From contig CAVVPN010000010.1 of the NCBI GenBank assembly GCA_963750165.1, positions 233,420-297,419 on the forward strand: DNA of 64,000 nt, written 5' to 3'. The stretch is from an uncultured Gemmataceae bacterium. GTDB taxonomy: Bacteria; Planctomycetota; Planctomycetia; Gemmatales; Gemmataceae. Every line of letters begins with the position of its first letter. The stretch's first letter is position 1. The translations under genes were made by a program, and so were the position numbers. Below are positions 9,690-21,369 of this stretch, in pieces. The notes below the pieces were generated by a model, which saw only the letters and a list, made by a program, of their open reading frames with translations, did not search any database and was not told the DNA's origin.

Positions 9690-10718
9690 GTGTACGTCAA
9701 CCGTCTGCGACTGCACAACGTCAAATCGTTGCACCGGGATATTCCGGAGGGTGGCGGCCCCCTTCCGGAGCCAGCCCGGCGTCGCCTTTTGCTGCAAGGA
9801 GCGAACGGCAGCGGCAAGACGACCATTTTGGAAACGATTCAAACGCTGTGGAAGCTTTGGGGAGAGTGGATTGAGGAGGGCCAAGGGGCTGATTTCAGCA
9901 AAAGGCCTCCAAGCATTTTCATACACCCATCCGTCGATTTGATTGCTGCCATGGAAGTTGTAGGTATTCCAAACGCTCCGCCGCTCTGGATTTGTGAAGG
10001 ATCACCCGCGGCATGGACCGCCCTCAAGGAGTCCCACCCGGGGGCCATTTTCGCCGGCCGCATTGTTTATGAGCATCAGGACACCATTCGACTGCCTCCA
10101 AACAATTTCCTCGTGTTGCGCCACCGCAGCCTTGCTGGGGCAGAGCCATTTCCGAACATCGTCTACTTTCCACCAGAGGGCCGGACTATTCGGGCGCCGG
10201 AAAAGACACGCGCCGAGATCATCGACACAACGCAGTTTAATTGGACTGCGGTTTACGACTCGGCCGTGAATCTTGACTCCATCCTCTTGACGGTCCAGGC
10301 CTTGACTCCGGAGCGCTTTGAGGAATGCCTCCGACTCGTCAACCTGGCCCTGGAACACCGACAAAAGCGGATCACGGGATTCGGACCCAAGGGCCGACTG
10401 GTTGTGGAAGGCACTACCGAGGCAGGGTTTCCCTACCAGCACCCAATCGAAGCCCTCTCGTCGGGGGAGCGACAGATGTTGCTGCTGGTCGGTTTTATCG
10501 TGGCCTTCCTGCGGCCTGGGGGAATCGTGCTCCTCGACGAACCGGACCTGCACATTCACATCGGGATGGTTGACCAGCTACTGGAAACACTGGAATGGGT
10601 CGTCCGCAAGCGGAACGGGCAACTGATCGTCGCGTCGCACTCCGAGCGGGTTTGGGATTGGTTTGTTCGTGAGGAAGAGCGGATTCAGCTGGGTGAGTGG
10701 GTGGGAAGAACCGCATGA
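9690..10718 (+). CDS. ABC-type ATPase (AAA_21/AAA_15), AriA-like
   Basis: GTG start VYVNRLRLHNVKS; Walker A GANGSGKTT; signature LSSGERQ; Walker B LLDEPDLHIH; ASHS. Confidence 0.9.
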   Translation: MYVNRLRLHNVKSLHRDIPEGGGPLPEPARRRLLLQGANGSGKTTILETIQTLWKLWGEWIEEGQGADFSKRPPSIFIHPSVDLIAAMEVVGIPNAPPLWICEGSPAAWTALKESHPGAIFAGRIVYEHQDTIRLPPNNFLVLRHRSLAGAEPFPNIVYFPPEGRTIRAPEKTRAEIIDTTQFNWTAVYDSAVNLDSILLTVQALTPERFEECLRLVNLALEHRQKRITGFGPKGRLVVEGTTEAGFPYQHPIEALSSGERQMLLLVGFIVAFLRPGGIVLLDEPDLHIHIGMVDQLLETLEWVVRKRNGQLIVASHSERVWDWFVREEERIQLGEWVGRTA

Positions 10719-11563
10719 GCACACCGCCAAAGCCCATCCCAGCTCTCCAGCGTATCTTGCTCGGATTTCCTGGAAAACACCTTCTGCTCGTCGAGGGGCC
10801 GAACGACAAGGCCGTCTATGAGGCGTGGCTCAAGAAACTCGCCCACCCGCATCAGTTCGCCGCCAAGGTGGTCGTCGAGAAGGTTGACGGCAAGCGGGCG
10901 GTGCTCTCGTCCCTGGAATGGTTCCGCAACCACGGCGGCAACCCGGGCAACCTGTTCGGCCTGGTAGATCGTGACGAATGGGACGCCGCCACGGTCGCCG
11001 CCCAGACTGCCGCATTGCCGCAACTGCGGATCGTTGCCGGTCGCGACTGCCTGGAAAGCTATTTCGCCGACCCCGACGAACTCGAACCAAGTCTCCAGGC
11101 CGAGAACCCGGCCTTCGCCGTTCAGTTCCCCGCCTTCCGAACGCATCTCCAAAGCAACCTGTTGGACCGGGTAGCTCACTGGGCGTTGTTCACCACCACC
11201 GAGCACCTCAAAGAACGGATGGCCGCAGCAGTCTATCCGGGCGCCTTTCACGCCACGGTTCCGATCCCATCCGACGCCGACATCCAGAATCGTTTTCAAG
11301 TCTGGGCGGCGCTCGTTGCCCATCCGCAACTGTTCGACGAGTTTGACCGGCTGCGATCCCAGGCGCTGGGGGCCGCGGCGACAGTGCAATATCGGTCCCA
11401 CGTGTCGGGCAAGCGTTTCTTTGAAGAGGTCGTACACCCGGCACCGGAAGGGTTGCAGCGGTTCCGCCAAAAGTCGGATGTCACCTGGCGACTCGATCTC
11501 GCCGAGAACGCCCCACACGTCCCGGCTGACATCGCTGGCATCCTGCAACCGCTTCTGGCTTGA
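10715..11563 (+). CDS. TOPRIM-like nuclease (DUF4435/AriB-like)
   Basis: LLVEGPND, GKRAV, GLVDRD, CLESYF; ATGA overlap with the ATPase. Confidence 0.75.
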   Translation: MSTPPKPIPALQRILLGFPGKHLLLVEGPNDKAVYEAWLKKLAHPHQFAAKVVVEKVDGKRAVLSSLEWFRNHGGNPGNLFGLVDRDEWDAATVAAQTAALPQLRIVAGRDCLESYFADPDELEPSLQAENPAFAVQFPAFRTHLQSNLLDRVAHWALFTTTEHLKERMAAAVYPGAFHATVPIPSDADIQNRFQVWAALVAHPQLFDEFDRLRSQALGAAATVQYRSHVSGKRFFEEVVHPAPEGLQRFRQKSDVTWRLDLAENAPHVPADIAGILQPLLA

Positions 11564-11791
11564 AAGCCACAGCGGCTGTCCACAGAAGTTTTTCCAGGTA
11601 GATGATTGACGCCGCCGCGCCGCCGGCGGGGAAAATGGGGACGCTTCTCGCAACTTACTGGCAGTTAACGAGAAGCGCGATAAATCACCCTCGTTTGTCA
11701 AGGACTACCTGTTGTTCGCCCTGCGGCGCTCAAAACCCCCGCCCGAAACCCGTATGCTGGCCTGTGGACCCTGTGGCAAGGAGATGACCCC

Positions 11792-13165
11792 ATGCGAACA
11801 CAATTGCTTCTGACCGCGGCGGCGCTGCTCGTCGCCGGCACCCTGCTCGGCACGCCGGCCGCGCCGGCCTCGTCCGGTGCCCCGCCCCAGGCCGGCGACC
11901 CGGCCGATGTCCAGCTCGCCAAAAAAGTCGCGGCGCTGGTCGAGCAGGACGAGCAGCGCCTCGTCGAGATCTTCAAGCACGTCCATGCCAACCCCGAACT
12001 CGGCTTTCAGGAGGTCAAAACGGCCGCCCTCATCGCGAAGGAGTTCAAGGCCCTCGGCTACGAGACGCACACCGGCATCGGCAAGACCGGGGTGGTCGGC
12101 ATCCTGAAGAACGGCCCCGGCCCGGTGGTGATGTTCCGCGGCGACATGGACGCGCTGCCGGTGCGCGAGCAGACCGGCCTGCCCTACGCCAGCAAGGCGA
12201 TCGCCGCGACTGCCACCGGCTTCGTCCCGGTCATGCACGCCTGCGGCCACGACACGCACGTCACGTTCCTGATCGGCGTGGCGAAGGTGATGAAGGAACT
12301 GAAGGCCGAATGGTCGGGGACGCTCGTCCTCGTGGCCCAGCCGGCCGAAGAGATCATCCAGGGGGCGCGGGCGATGGTCAAGGACGGCCTGTACGACAAG
12401 GCGCCGAAGCCGGACGTGCTCATCGCGTCGCATGTGACGCCGATGCTACCGGTGGGGACCGCGTCCGCCCGCGCCGGCAAGCGCATGGCCGGGACCGACC
12501 AGATCGACATCATCATTCGCGGCGTCGGCGGCCACGGCTCCGCGCCGCAGCGCGCGAAGGATCCGGTCGTGATGGGGGCGCTGGCGGTGATCGAGTACCA
12601 GAGCCTGGTACACCGCAGCGTCGATCCGCAGGAGCCGGCGGTCATCACGGTCGGCGCGTTCCAGGCGGGCGACGCCAACAACGTCATCCCGGACAGGGCG
12701 ACCCTGAAGGTCAACCTGCGCTGGTATAACCCGAAGGTCCGCGCGCAGTTGATCGCGGGGATCAAGCGCGTCACCGACGCCATCGCGGTCGCCGCCGACG
12801 TCCCCAAGGACAAGATGCCGCTGTACGTCATGAAGGGCAGCGCCGGCCCGATGTTCAACGACGAGGTTGCCACGAAGCGGGCCCAGCGCCCGCTCCAGCT
12901 CGCCCTCGGCAAGGACAGGGTCCTGCCCGGTCCGTCGCCGACGATGGGGTCGGAAGACTTCCAGGACCTGGCGGCGCCCTACCCCGAAACCAGGGTCCTG
13001 TTCATCAACATCGGCTGCGGCCCTGCTGACGTCCTGGAGAAACTCAAAAAGGGCATCCGGCCCGCGTTGAACCACAACCCCGGTTTCCGGGTGGAACTGC
13101 CGGCGGTCGCCGCCGGTACCCGGGCCGATGCCCTGGTGTTGCTGGAGTTCCTGAAGAAAAAGTGA
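11792..13165 (+). CDS. M20 family amidohydrolase, secreted
   Basis: HANPELGFQE, RGDMDALP, MHACGHDTH, QPAEE, GGHGS, MGSEDF. Confidence 0.93.
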   Translation: MRTQLLLTAAALLVAGTLLGTPAAPASSGAPPQAGDPADVQLAKKVAALVEQDEQRLVEIFKHVHANPELGFQEVKTAALIAKEFKALGYETHTGIGKTGVVGILKNGPGPVVMFRGDMDALPVREQTGLPYASKAIAATATGFVPVMHACGHDTHVTFLIGVAKVMKELKAEWSGTLVLVAQPAEEIIQGARAMVKDGLYDKAPKPDVLIASHVTPMLPVGTASARAGKRMAGTDQIDIIIRGVGGHGSAPQRAKDPVVMGALAVIEYQSLVHRSVDPQEPAVITVGAFQAGDANNVIPDRATLKVNLRWYNPKVRAQLIAGIKRVTDAIAVAADVPKDKMPLYVMKGSAGPMFNDEVATKRAQRPLQLALGKDRVLPGPSPTMGSEDFQDLAAPYPETRVLFINIGCGPADVLEKLKKGIRPALNHNPGFRVELPAVAAGTRADALVLLEFLKKK

Positions 13166-13217
13166 CCGGTGGTCCGTGGCCGCACTCAGAAAAGGAGGCG
13201 CGCTTGCTGGGATCTGA

Positions 13218-13264
13218 CCCGTTAACGTTTCACGCACCCGGCAAGTGCGCGAAACGTTAACGGG
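13218..13264. repeat. Inverted repeat (GAAACGTWAACGGG family); related element at 14928-14980
   Basis: CCCGTTAACGTTTCACGCAC / GTGCGCGAAACGTTAACGGG. Confidence 0.65.
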
Positions 13265-13314
13265 GCCGTCGTCAGGAGTTCTCCCTGAATTGTAGGATTT
13301 TCTCCGCTACCTGA

Positions 13315-13344
13315 TTGACGCCACCGCGCCACCGGCGGTATAGT
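13315..13344 (+). promoter_or_regulatory. Sigma70-like promoter upstream of the DUF1501 gene
   Basis: TTGACG-18 bp-TATAGT. Confidence 0.55.
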
Positions 13345-13451
13345 GCAGGGAAAGGTTTAACCACCCACGGCTGCGCAACCGGACCACCCTACCCCGACTT
13401 CCCGCCTGCCAGCCGGCGCACAGCGAACCCACCAACCAGAGGACTCCGGCC

Positions 13452-14912
<1,461 letters not shown>

Positions 14913-14927
14913 CGCCGGGTGCGCGCG

Positions 14928-14980
14928 AAACGTAAACGGGGGCAGCAGGGCGCCGGTCCCAGCTGACCCCGTTTACGTTT
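14928..14980. repeat. Inverted repeat/terminator-like element after DUF1501
   Basis: AAACGTAAACGGGGGCAGC / GCTGACCCCGTTTACGTTT. Confidence 0.6.
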
Positions 14981-15102
14981 TGTCAAAACGTTTTGAGCCA
15001 GCATGAAACGAAATGACGGGCGGGAGGTGCAACTATACTCGACGCGGGGAAACCTGACACGAGCCCAGTATAACCCTCTCGCCGTCGTTTTTTTATGCGG
15101 CT

Positions 15103-15633
15103 TTACACCGCGTTCGCGGCCTGAACCGCATTTCGGGCGGCGTCACCAGCCGAACCGTTCGCCGAAGCGGGAAAAGAAAACGGCTCTTCCGTTTTTAGGT
15201 GCGGGTTATCGGCCCGATTCTCAATTTTCCCTGGAAAAATCGTGGGGTACGTGATCGTCCGTTCACCGAAAATCCAGTGTTTCGCACCTAAAAACGGAAG
15301 AGCCAAGAAAACGTCTATCGGGTTTATTGGGTCTCTGGACTCAAAGAAATCAGCGGCCACGGCCCGCCCTGTCTGGTCGTTGAATTTCACCCAAGTCCAC
15401 CCGGAGCGGCCGGTCCAAAAACGAAAGGTGTAGCCCTCGGCTGAAACGGCTTCTTCGTCGGCGACTCCAAAAAGCTCCCTTACTTCCGGGAGCGTCAGCC
15501 CCTTTACGCGATAGACGTTCGCCCTGGTGACGCGATCCGGGCGCGGCGTGTTCGTCAGCACGAAGGCCAGTGCCGCCGCAGTCACCGTCGCAAAGGCAAG
15601 CAGACCCCATCTCAGCAGTCGTCGCTTGCCCAT
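15103..15633 (-). CDS. Membrane-anchored SmpA/BamE-like small protein with C-terminus altered by the MITE
   Basis: N-terminal TM; VTRANVYRVKGLTLPEVRELFG; without the MITE it ends IDVFFSRFGERFGW*. Confidence 0.6.
   Translation of the reverse strand: MGKRRLLRWGLLAFATVTAAALAFVLTNTPRPDRVTRANVYRVKGLTLPEVRELFGVADEEAVSAEGYTFRFWTGRSGWTWVKFNDQTGRAVAADFFESRDPINPIDVFLALPFLGAKHWIFGERTITYPTIFPGKIENRADNPHLKTEEPFSFPASANGSAGDAARNAVQAANAV
15182..15304. mobile_element. 123-bp MITE with ISL3-type ends
   Basis: Perfect 22-bp TIRs GGCTCTTCCGTTTTTAGGTGCG; 8-bp TSD AAGAAAAC at 15174-15181 and 15305-15312. Confidence 0.88.
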
Positions 15634-18600
15634 GACTCACTCCCCTGGCGCCCCGCCGTCCGGTGTAGCCGGGTTTTGCTGACCTTGCTCGCGCTCGATT
15701 TGCGCGTGGCCAGGTACTCCAGCAAGTCCGCCGCCTGCTGGGCGGTCAGGCCGGCCAGCTGGCCGTCGGGCATCAGCGAGGTCCGCGACGGCCGCAGTTG
15801 CTCCACGTCGCCAGCCGGCAACACAATCTCCTTGTTCTGCCCGTCGCGCAGCACCACCTGCTTGTCGTCGCGCTTCACCAGCAGCCCCGTGACCGAGCGG
15901 CCGTCCGCCACCTGGGCGCTGTAGGCGGCGTACTTCGGCTCGATACGCCGCGACGGCTCCAGAATGCTTTCCAGCAAATCCGCGCGCGACCGCTGCTTGC
16001 CAATGACCGTCAGGTCCGGCCCAATCGGCGTACCACGGTCGCCGACCTTGTGGCAGCTGCCGCAGTTGACCGTCTGCGACCAGAACAGCTTTTCGCCGCG
16101 GCCGGCGTTCCCCGCCAGCGCCAGAATGGCCCGCGGCCGTGGGTTCGAGCCGAGTTTGCGTTCGCCCTTCTCGCCGGCGGGGAAGTAGCCCTCGAACAGA
16201 TCGCGCACCGGCCCGGCCGGCAGTTGTGCCGCCGCGGCCAGCAATTGGGCACGCGCGGCAGGCTTCAGTTCGCCGCGCCCGAGTTGCCGCGCTGCCAGCA
16301 GCGCGGACCGCGGATCGGCCAGCAATTTTTGCGGCGGCCCGTCGGTCGCCGGCGGCTTGGCCTTGCCCGCCAGGCCGCCGATCCATTGCTCGATCAACCG
16401 CAGCCCCGCCTCGTCGGGCAGTTCGGAGCCAATGTGCGGCATACGATCGCGGCCGAACTTCGCCATGCGGTAGTACAGTGTGCTCGCCCACGGATCGCCC
16501 GGCTTGATGAGGCAGGCGCCCGGCAGCCCGAAATCGCCGCGCGACGGCCGGACGCCGACCGCCCGCATCTGCTGCACCGCGACGGGGAACTGCAACCGCA
16601 GGTTCACCGCCCCGCCGCCGCCGTCCGCATGACAGTGGCCGCAGTTGGCGTGCAGGTACGCCCGCGCCCGTGCCTCCAATGGCTGCTGCGCGTCCGTCGG
16701 GTTCGCCAGCTTGCGCTCTCGGCCGGCCGCGGCGTCGTCGAACAGCGGCAGCGGTTTGCCGTTGCCGCCCATGCGCTGAATCAATCCCACCTCCGAAAGC
16801 GCCACAAGCTGGTTGCGGCCGTCAGGCCCGGGTCGATTCAGCTGCTCCGGCTGGAACGCCAGCGCGTACTCCGACCAGGCGCTATGGCACAACATGCACT
16901 GGCTGCGGCTGTGGAACTGCCAGACGCGCCGTTGCTTGCCCACGCTCACTTCCTTCTCGGCGCCGTCGGCGGGCACCAGGTCGGCGTCCGCCTGGTCGTC
17001 CCGCCACGCGAAGGTGTAAGCGCGCCAGTCCACGCCGTCGAAATGCAGCAACTGCGTCTCCAGCCGCCGGCTGCCCAGCGACAGCGTCCGCACCAGCACC
17101 GCGTCCTTCGGGAAGTGCAGACGGAAGCGGTGCCAGTCCACCATGCCCGGGATCGGCCGACCGCCTCCGGTGTACAGGGCGGCAGAAAACTTACCCGGGA
17201 AGGCAACAAAATGCTCCGCCGTGGCGCCGTCCTGCCACTGCCGGCTGTTCACGGTGAACGGCAGCACCCCGGCCGCCGGCGTGTGCTCCTTCACCGAGGC
17301 GAACAATCCCGTCTCGGATAGCTTCGTCGGAAAGTCCGCATTGCGGCCGGCGGCATCGTTGCGCGCGATGGTGTGGACCGTGCCGCCGTCGTAATCGAGG
17401 AAGTACAACTCGCCGTGTTTGTCCTCGCCGAAGGCGACGATGCGCACGGATGGTTTGGCGATCTCCGGCATCTCCTTCGTGCGGTCGCCGTCGAAGCGCG
17501 CGGCCCAGAGTCGGCGTGTCTCCCAGTCGCCGAAGACGTAGGCGCCGCGCAGTTCGGGGAACTTCTTGCCGTGGTAGACGCGGCCGCCGGTGACGCTGCA
17601 GGCGATGGTGTGCGACAGCTCGATCAGCGGCGGGATGATTGGCGTCGGCCCGGCCTTGCCCGGCTTGATCGGCTGCGGCCCCTCCATCGCCGCCCAGCCG
17701 TAGTTACCACCCTTCTCGACCCGATGCACCATCTCCCACAACTCCCAGCCCACGTCACCAACGAACAGCGCCCCGGTCTGGCGGTCGAAGCTCATCCGCC
17801 ACGGGTTACGGAAACCGTAGGCCCACACCTCCGGCCGCGCCCCCTTCAGCTTCACGAAGGGATTGTCCTTTGGCACGGCATAATTCTTGCTCTGGTCCTT
17901 GTGGTCGATGTCAATGCGGAGGATGGACGAGAGCAGATCGGAGATGTCCTGGCCGGTTTCAAACGGGTCAGGCGGATTGGGGTCGGCAGCGTCGCCGGTG
18001 GAGATGTAGAGCATGCCGTCGGGGCCGAAGTGGAGGTCGCCGCCGTTGTGGCCGCCCTGCATGAAGGTGAGCACGATTTCCTCGCTGGCCGGGTCGATCC
18101 GCGGCGGGTCGGTGTTGGTGACGGTGAAGCGCGAGACGCGCGTGCCGTCCGCCAGGTTCCGCTGCCGCTGCTTCGGCAAAATGGTGTAACAGACGAAACA
18201 CTGACGGTTCTTCGCAAACTGGGGGTGGAAGGCCAGGCCGTAGACTGCCTCGAAGCCCCGGGTTTGCGGGTGCAGGTGGATCTTCTTGAGTTCTTTGGGC
18301 AGATCGCAGAACAGCTCCGCCCGGGCGTCCGGTTTGTCCGCGAAGGAGTAGAGCACGCCGCGCTGCTCGCCGACGAAGAGGCGGTCGCTGCCGGGACAGC
18401 GGGTCATCAGCAGCGGGTGGTTGAATTTCAGGTTCGGGAAGGCGCGGACCACCTTGAAGGGCGGCGGCGGGTCCGGCGAGCCCACGACGCGCGAAGTCGT
18501 CCAGGGGACGCGGCCAGCCTTCGGGGGCTGGGCCTTCTGTGGGCCGGTCGGCTCGGCCGCGGAGGGGGCGAGCCACGCCAGCAGCCCGGCCGCGAACAGG

Positions 18601-18635
18601 GACAACGCCGCCAGGGCCAGGGGACGGTACGGCAT
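15612..18635 (-). CDS. PQQ-dependent sugar dehydrogenase-like protein with three c-type heme motifs
   Basis: HNGGDLHFGPDGMLYISTGD, YGFRNPWRMSFD; CMLCH, CGHCH, CGSCH; IGPDLT...SLMPDG. Confidence 0.9.
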   Translation of the reverse strand: MPYRPLALAALSLFAAGLLAWLAPSAAEPTGPQKAQPPKAGRVPWTTSRVVGSPDPPPPFKVVRAFPNLKFNHPLLMTRCPGSDRLFVGEQRGVLYSFADKPDARAELFCDLPKELKKIHLHPQTRGFEAVYGLAFHPQFAKNRQCFVCYTILPKQRQRNLADGTRVSRFTVTNTDPPRIDPASEEIVLTFMQGGHNGGDLHFGPDGMLYISTGDAADPNPPDPFETGQDISDLLSSILRIDIDHKDQSKNYAVPKDNPFVKLKGARPEVWAYGFRNPWRMSFDRQTGALFVGDVGWELWEMVHRVEKGGNYGWAAMEGPQPIKPGKAGPTPIIPPLIELSHTIACSVTGGRVYHGKKFPELRGAYVFGDWETRRLWAARFDGDRTKEMPEIAKPSVRIVAFGEDKHGELYFLDYDGGTVHTIARNDAAGRNADFPTKLSETGLFASVKEHTPAAGVLPFTVNSRQWQDGATAEHFVAFPGKFSAALYTGGGRPIPGMVDWHRFRLHFPKDAVLVRTLSLGSRRLETQLLHFDGVDWRAYTFAWRDDQADADLVPADGAEKEVSVGKQRRVWQFHSRSQCMLCHSAWSEYALAFQPEQLNRPGPDGRNQLVALSEVGLIQRMGGNGKPLPLFDDAAAGRERKLANPTDAQQPLEARARAYLHANCGHCHADGGGGAVNLRLQFPVAVQQMRAVGVRPSRGDFGLPGACLIKPGDPWASTLYYRMAKFGRDRMPHIGSELPDEAGLRLIEQWIGGLAGKAKPPATDGPPQKLLADPRSALLAARQLGRGELKPAARAQLLAAAAQLPAGPVRDLFEGYFPAGEKGERKLGSNPRPRAILALAGNAGRGEKLFWSQTVNCGSCHKVGDRGTPIGPDLTVIGKQRSRADLLESILEPSRRIEPKYAAYSAQVADGRSVTGLLVKRDDKQVVLRDGQNKEIVLPAGDVEQLRPSRTSLMPDGQLAGLTAQQAADLLEYLATRKSSASKVSKTRLHRTAGRQGSESWASDDC

Positions 18636-18839
18636 GGGGAAGCCACTCCGGGAGGGTCGTTGGCGGATGAGTAGTGCGTTCATTGTAGCGAATCGCATCC
18701 GGGGCGTTGAGCACGAAACGGGCCGTGCGGCCCGGTGGCCCCTGCCCCCAGAGTTACTGGGTTGGCCGGACGGACACCAAATGGTGGGGCGGGCGACCAG
18801 GGGCAAACGGCGTACACTAGGGCGCATCGCGGTCTGTTC

Positions 18840-18896
18840 GTAGCGGAAGTCGCCAGACTTCCGTAGCGGCTTCGGAAGTCTGGCGACTTCCGCTAC
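18840..18896. repeat. REP-like palindrome (GTAGCGGAAGTCGCCAGACTTCCG)
   Basis: Perfect 24-bp arms, each itself internally palindromic. Confidence 0.8.
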
Positions 18897-18968
18897 CCCA
18901 AACGCCAACCGCTCTGGCGGTCATTGAGTCAACCGAACCCATTCTCGACCTGCACCCGGAGGTATGTC

Positions 18969-20818
18969 ATGGCCGATCCCCAACAGAATTGGAAAGAACT
19001 GGCTGCCCAGTTACGCATCGACAGCATCCGCTGCACCACGGCCGCAGGCTCAGGCCACCCGACCTCCGGCATGTCGGCGGCGGACCTCATGGCGGTCCTG
19101 CTGGCGAAGTACCTGCGCTATGATTGGCGCAGCCCCACCACCCCAACAACGACCGGCTTATCTTCAGCAAGGGCCACGCCTGCCCCGTGCTGTACGCCAT
19201 GTACAAGGCGGCCGGCGCCATCACCGATCAGGAATTGCTGACCCTGCGGAAGCAGGGCAGCCGGCTGGAGGGCCATCCCAACCCGCACGTGCTGCCCTAC
19301 GTGGACGTGGCCACCGGTTCGCTCGGCCAGGGCCTGCCGATTGGCGTCGGCATGGCGCTCAACGCCCAGTACCTGGACAGGCTGCCTTACCACGTGTGGG
19401 TCGTGCTCGGCGATAGCGAGATGGCCGAGGGATCGATCTGGGAGGCGTTCGACAAGGCTTCCTATTACAAGCTCCACCAGCTGATCGCCATTTTGGACAT
19501 GAATCGCCTCGGCCAACGGGGCGAGACCGACCTGGGCTGGAATAGCGCCGCTTACGCCGCGCGGGCCCGGGCCTTCGGTTGGCACGCCATCGAACTGGAC
19601 GGCCATGACGTCGCCGCGGTAGACAAGGCGTACGGCGAAGCCCTGCAACAAAAGGACAGGCCAACCGTCCTGGTTGCCAAAACCGAGAAGGGCCACGGCG
19701 TCTCCTTCCTGGCTAACAAGGAAGGCTGGCACGGCAAGGCGCTGTCCGCCGACGAGGCCAGGGCGGCGATTGCCGAACTGGGCGGGGAGCGCCGCATCGT
19801 GGTTGCCGTGCCAAAACCCGAGGACCGCCGGCCGCCCGCCCTTCCAGCCGCCCAGCCGCTGCGGCCACCGACGTACGAGCTCGGCAGCAAGGAAGCGACG
19901 CGCAAGGCCTATGGCGACGCCCTGGTCGCACTCGGTGCGGCGCGGGCCGACGTGGTGGCGCTGGACGGCGAGGTGTCCAACTCCACGCACGCCGATGAAT
20001 TCAAGAAGGCTTATCCGGATCGGTTCTTCGAGATGTTCATCGCCGAACAGCAATTGCTGGGCGCTACGGTTGGCCTGGCCGTGCTCGGCAAGCGCGCGTT
20101 CGCGTCCACCTTCGCCGCCTTTTTTACACGCGCTTACGATCAGATCCGCATGGCCGCCATTTCCAACGCCACCATCCACCTGTGCGGCAGCCATGCCGGC
20201 GTGAGCATCGGTTCGGACGGCCCCTCGCAGATGGCCCTCGAAGACCTGGCGATGATGCGCGCGGTTTGCGGCAGCACGGTCCTGTACCCCTGCGATCCCA
20301 ACCAGACGGCTCAGCTGGTGGGGGCGATGGTTGATCTCAAAGGGATTTCGTTCCTGCGCACGACCCGCGAGAAAACGCCGGTGATCTACCCGCCCGGCGA
20401 AAAGTTCCCCGTGGGCGGCAGCAAGGTCATCCGTCAATCCGACAAGGACAAGGTGGCGGTCATCGCCGCGGGCATCACCGTGCATGAGGCGCTCAAGGCC
20501 CACGACGCACTGAAGCAGGAGGGGATCGCCGTGCGCGTGCTCGATGCCTATTCGGTCAAGCCGATCGACCAGGAGGGGCTGCGTCGCGCCGCGGCAGAAG
20601 CCGGCGGTAAGTTGCTGGTGGTCGAGGACCACTGGTTCGAGGGTGGCCTGGGCGACGCGGTGCTGGACGCTTTTACCGGCCCTGGCGTCAAGATGCCGAC
20701 CGTGATCAAACTGGCGGTGCGCAAGATGCCCGGCTCGAGTTCGCCCGCCGAGGAGCTCAACTCCGCGGGCATTGATGCCGGGCATATTGTTCGGGCGGTG
20801 AAAGGGTTGGTGCAATAA
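18969..20818 (+). CDS. tkt: Transketolase, with a frameshift near 19130-19145
   Basis: AGSGHPTS in one frame; DRLIFSKGHA, LEGHP, TGSLGQG, GDSEMAEG, IAEQ, DGPSQM in another. Confidence 0.92.
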
Positions 20819-20828
20819 AAATCCGGCG

Positions 20829-20855
20829 GAAAAGGGCCGTGCACGGCCCCTTTTC
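20829..20855 (+). terminator. Rho-independent terminator
   Basis: GAAAAGGGCCGT-GC-ACGGCCCCTTTTC after the tkt stop. Confidence 0.7.
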
Positions 20856-21108
20856 TGTCCGCGAAACGGCTGTCACGGGGCCCGATCGCCTGGACCGTCC
20901 GCGCCGTACCGAACGCTGCGCTGCCCGTGACCGGGCGCGCGTCCTGGTCCCACCAGGCACGCAGCCGGCTCAGCGCGCACGGCACGTGAACTCCCTGTTC
21001 GGCCGCGGAGGGCGCCGGGGGGCCGGGGTGTCGTCCAGTCTGTGGGTGACGCGCCCCGGCGGTTGGTGTATCCTGAGCTTGTCGCCGGAGCATCCACGGG
21101 GCAAATCG

Positions 21109-21369
21109 ATGTCCGCTACCGAACCACGCCTGAGTCGAGAAGAACTCGCCCGCCGGGGTGACGACACATTCACGCGGCAGGTCCGCCCTGCCCTCCGCCC
21201 GGAGGACAACGGCAAGTTCGTCGCCATCGACGTGGAATCTGGCACCTTCGAGGTGGACGAGGACGAGCACGCGGCGGTAACCCGGTTGTACGGCCGGGTG
21301 CCCGGCGCGCAGGTCTGGCTCGTCCGGGCCGGCTACCCGGCCACCCACCGGCTGCGGGGCGGCCGGTGA
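21109..21369 (+). CDS. Small protein typically paired with clan AA proteases
   Basis: EELARRG...GKFVAIDVESGTFEVDED...WLVRAG; GTGA overlap with the protease. Confidence 0.75.
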   Translation: MSATEPRLSREELARRGDDTFTRQVRPALRPEDNGKFVAIDVESGTFEVDEDEHAAVTRLYGRVPGAQVWLVRAGYPATHRLRGGR

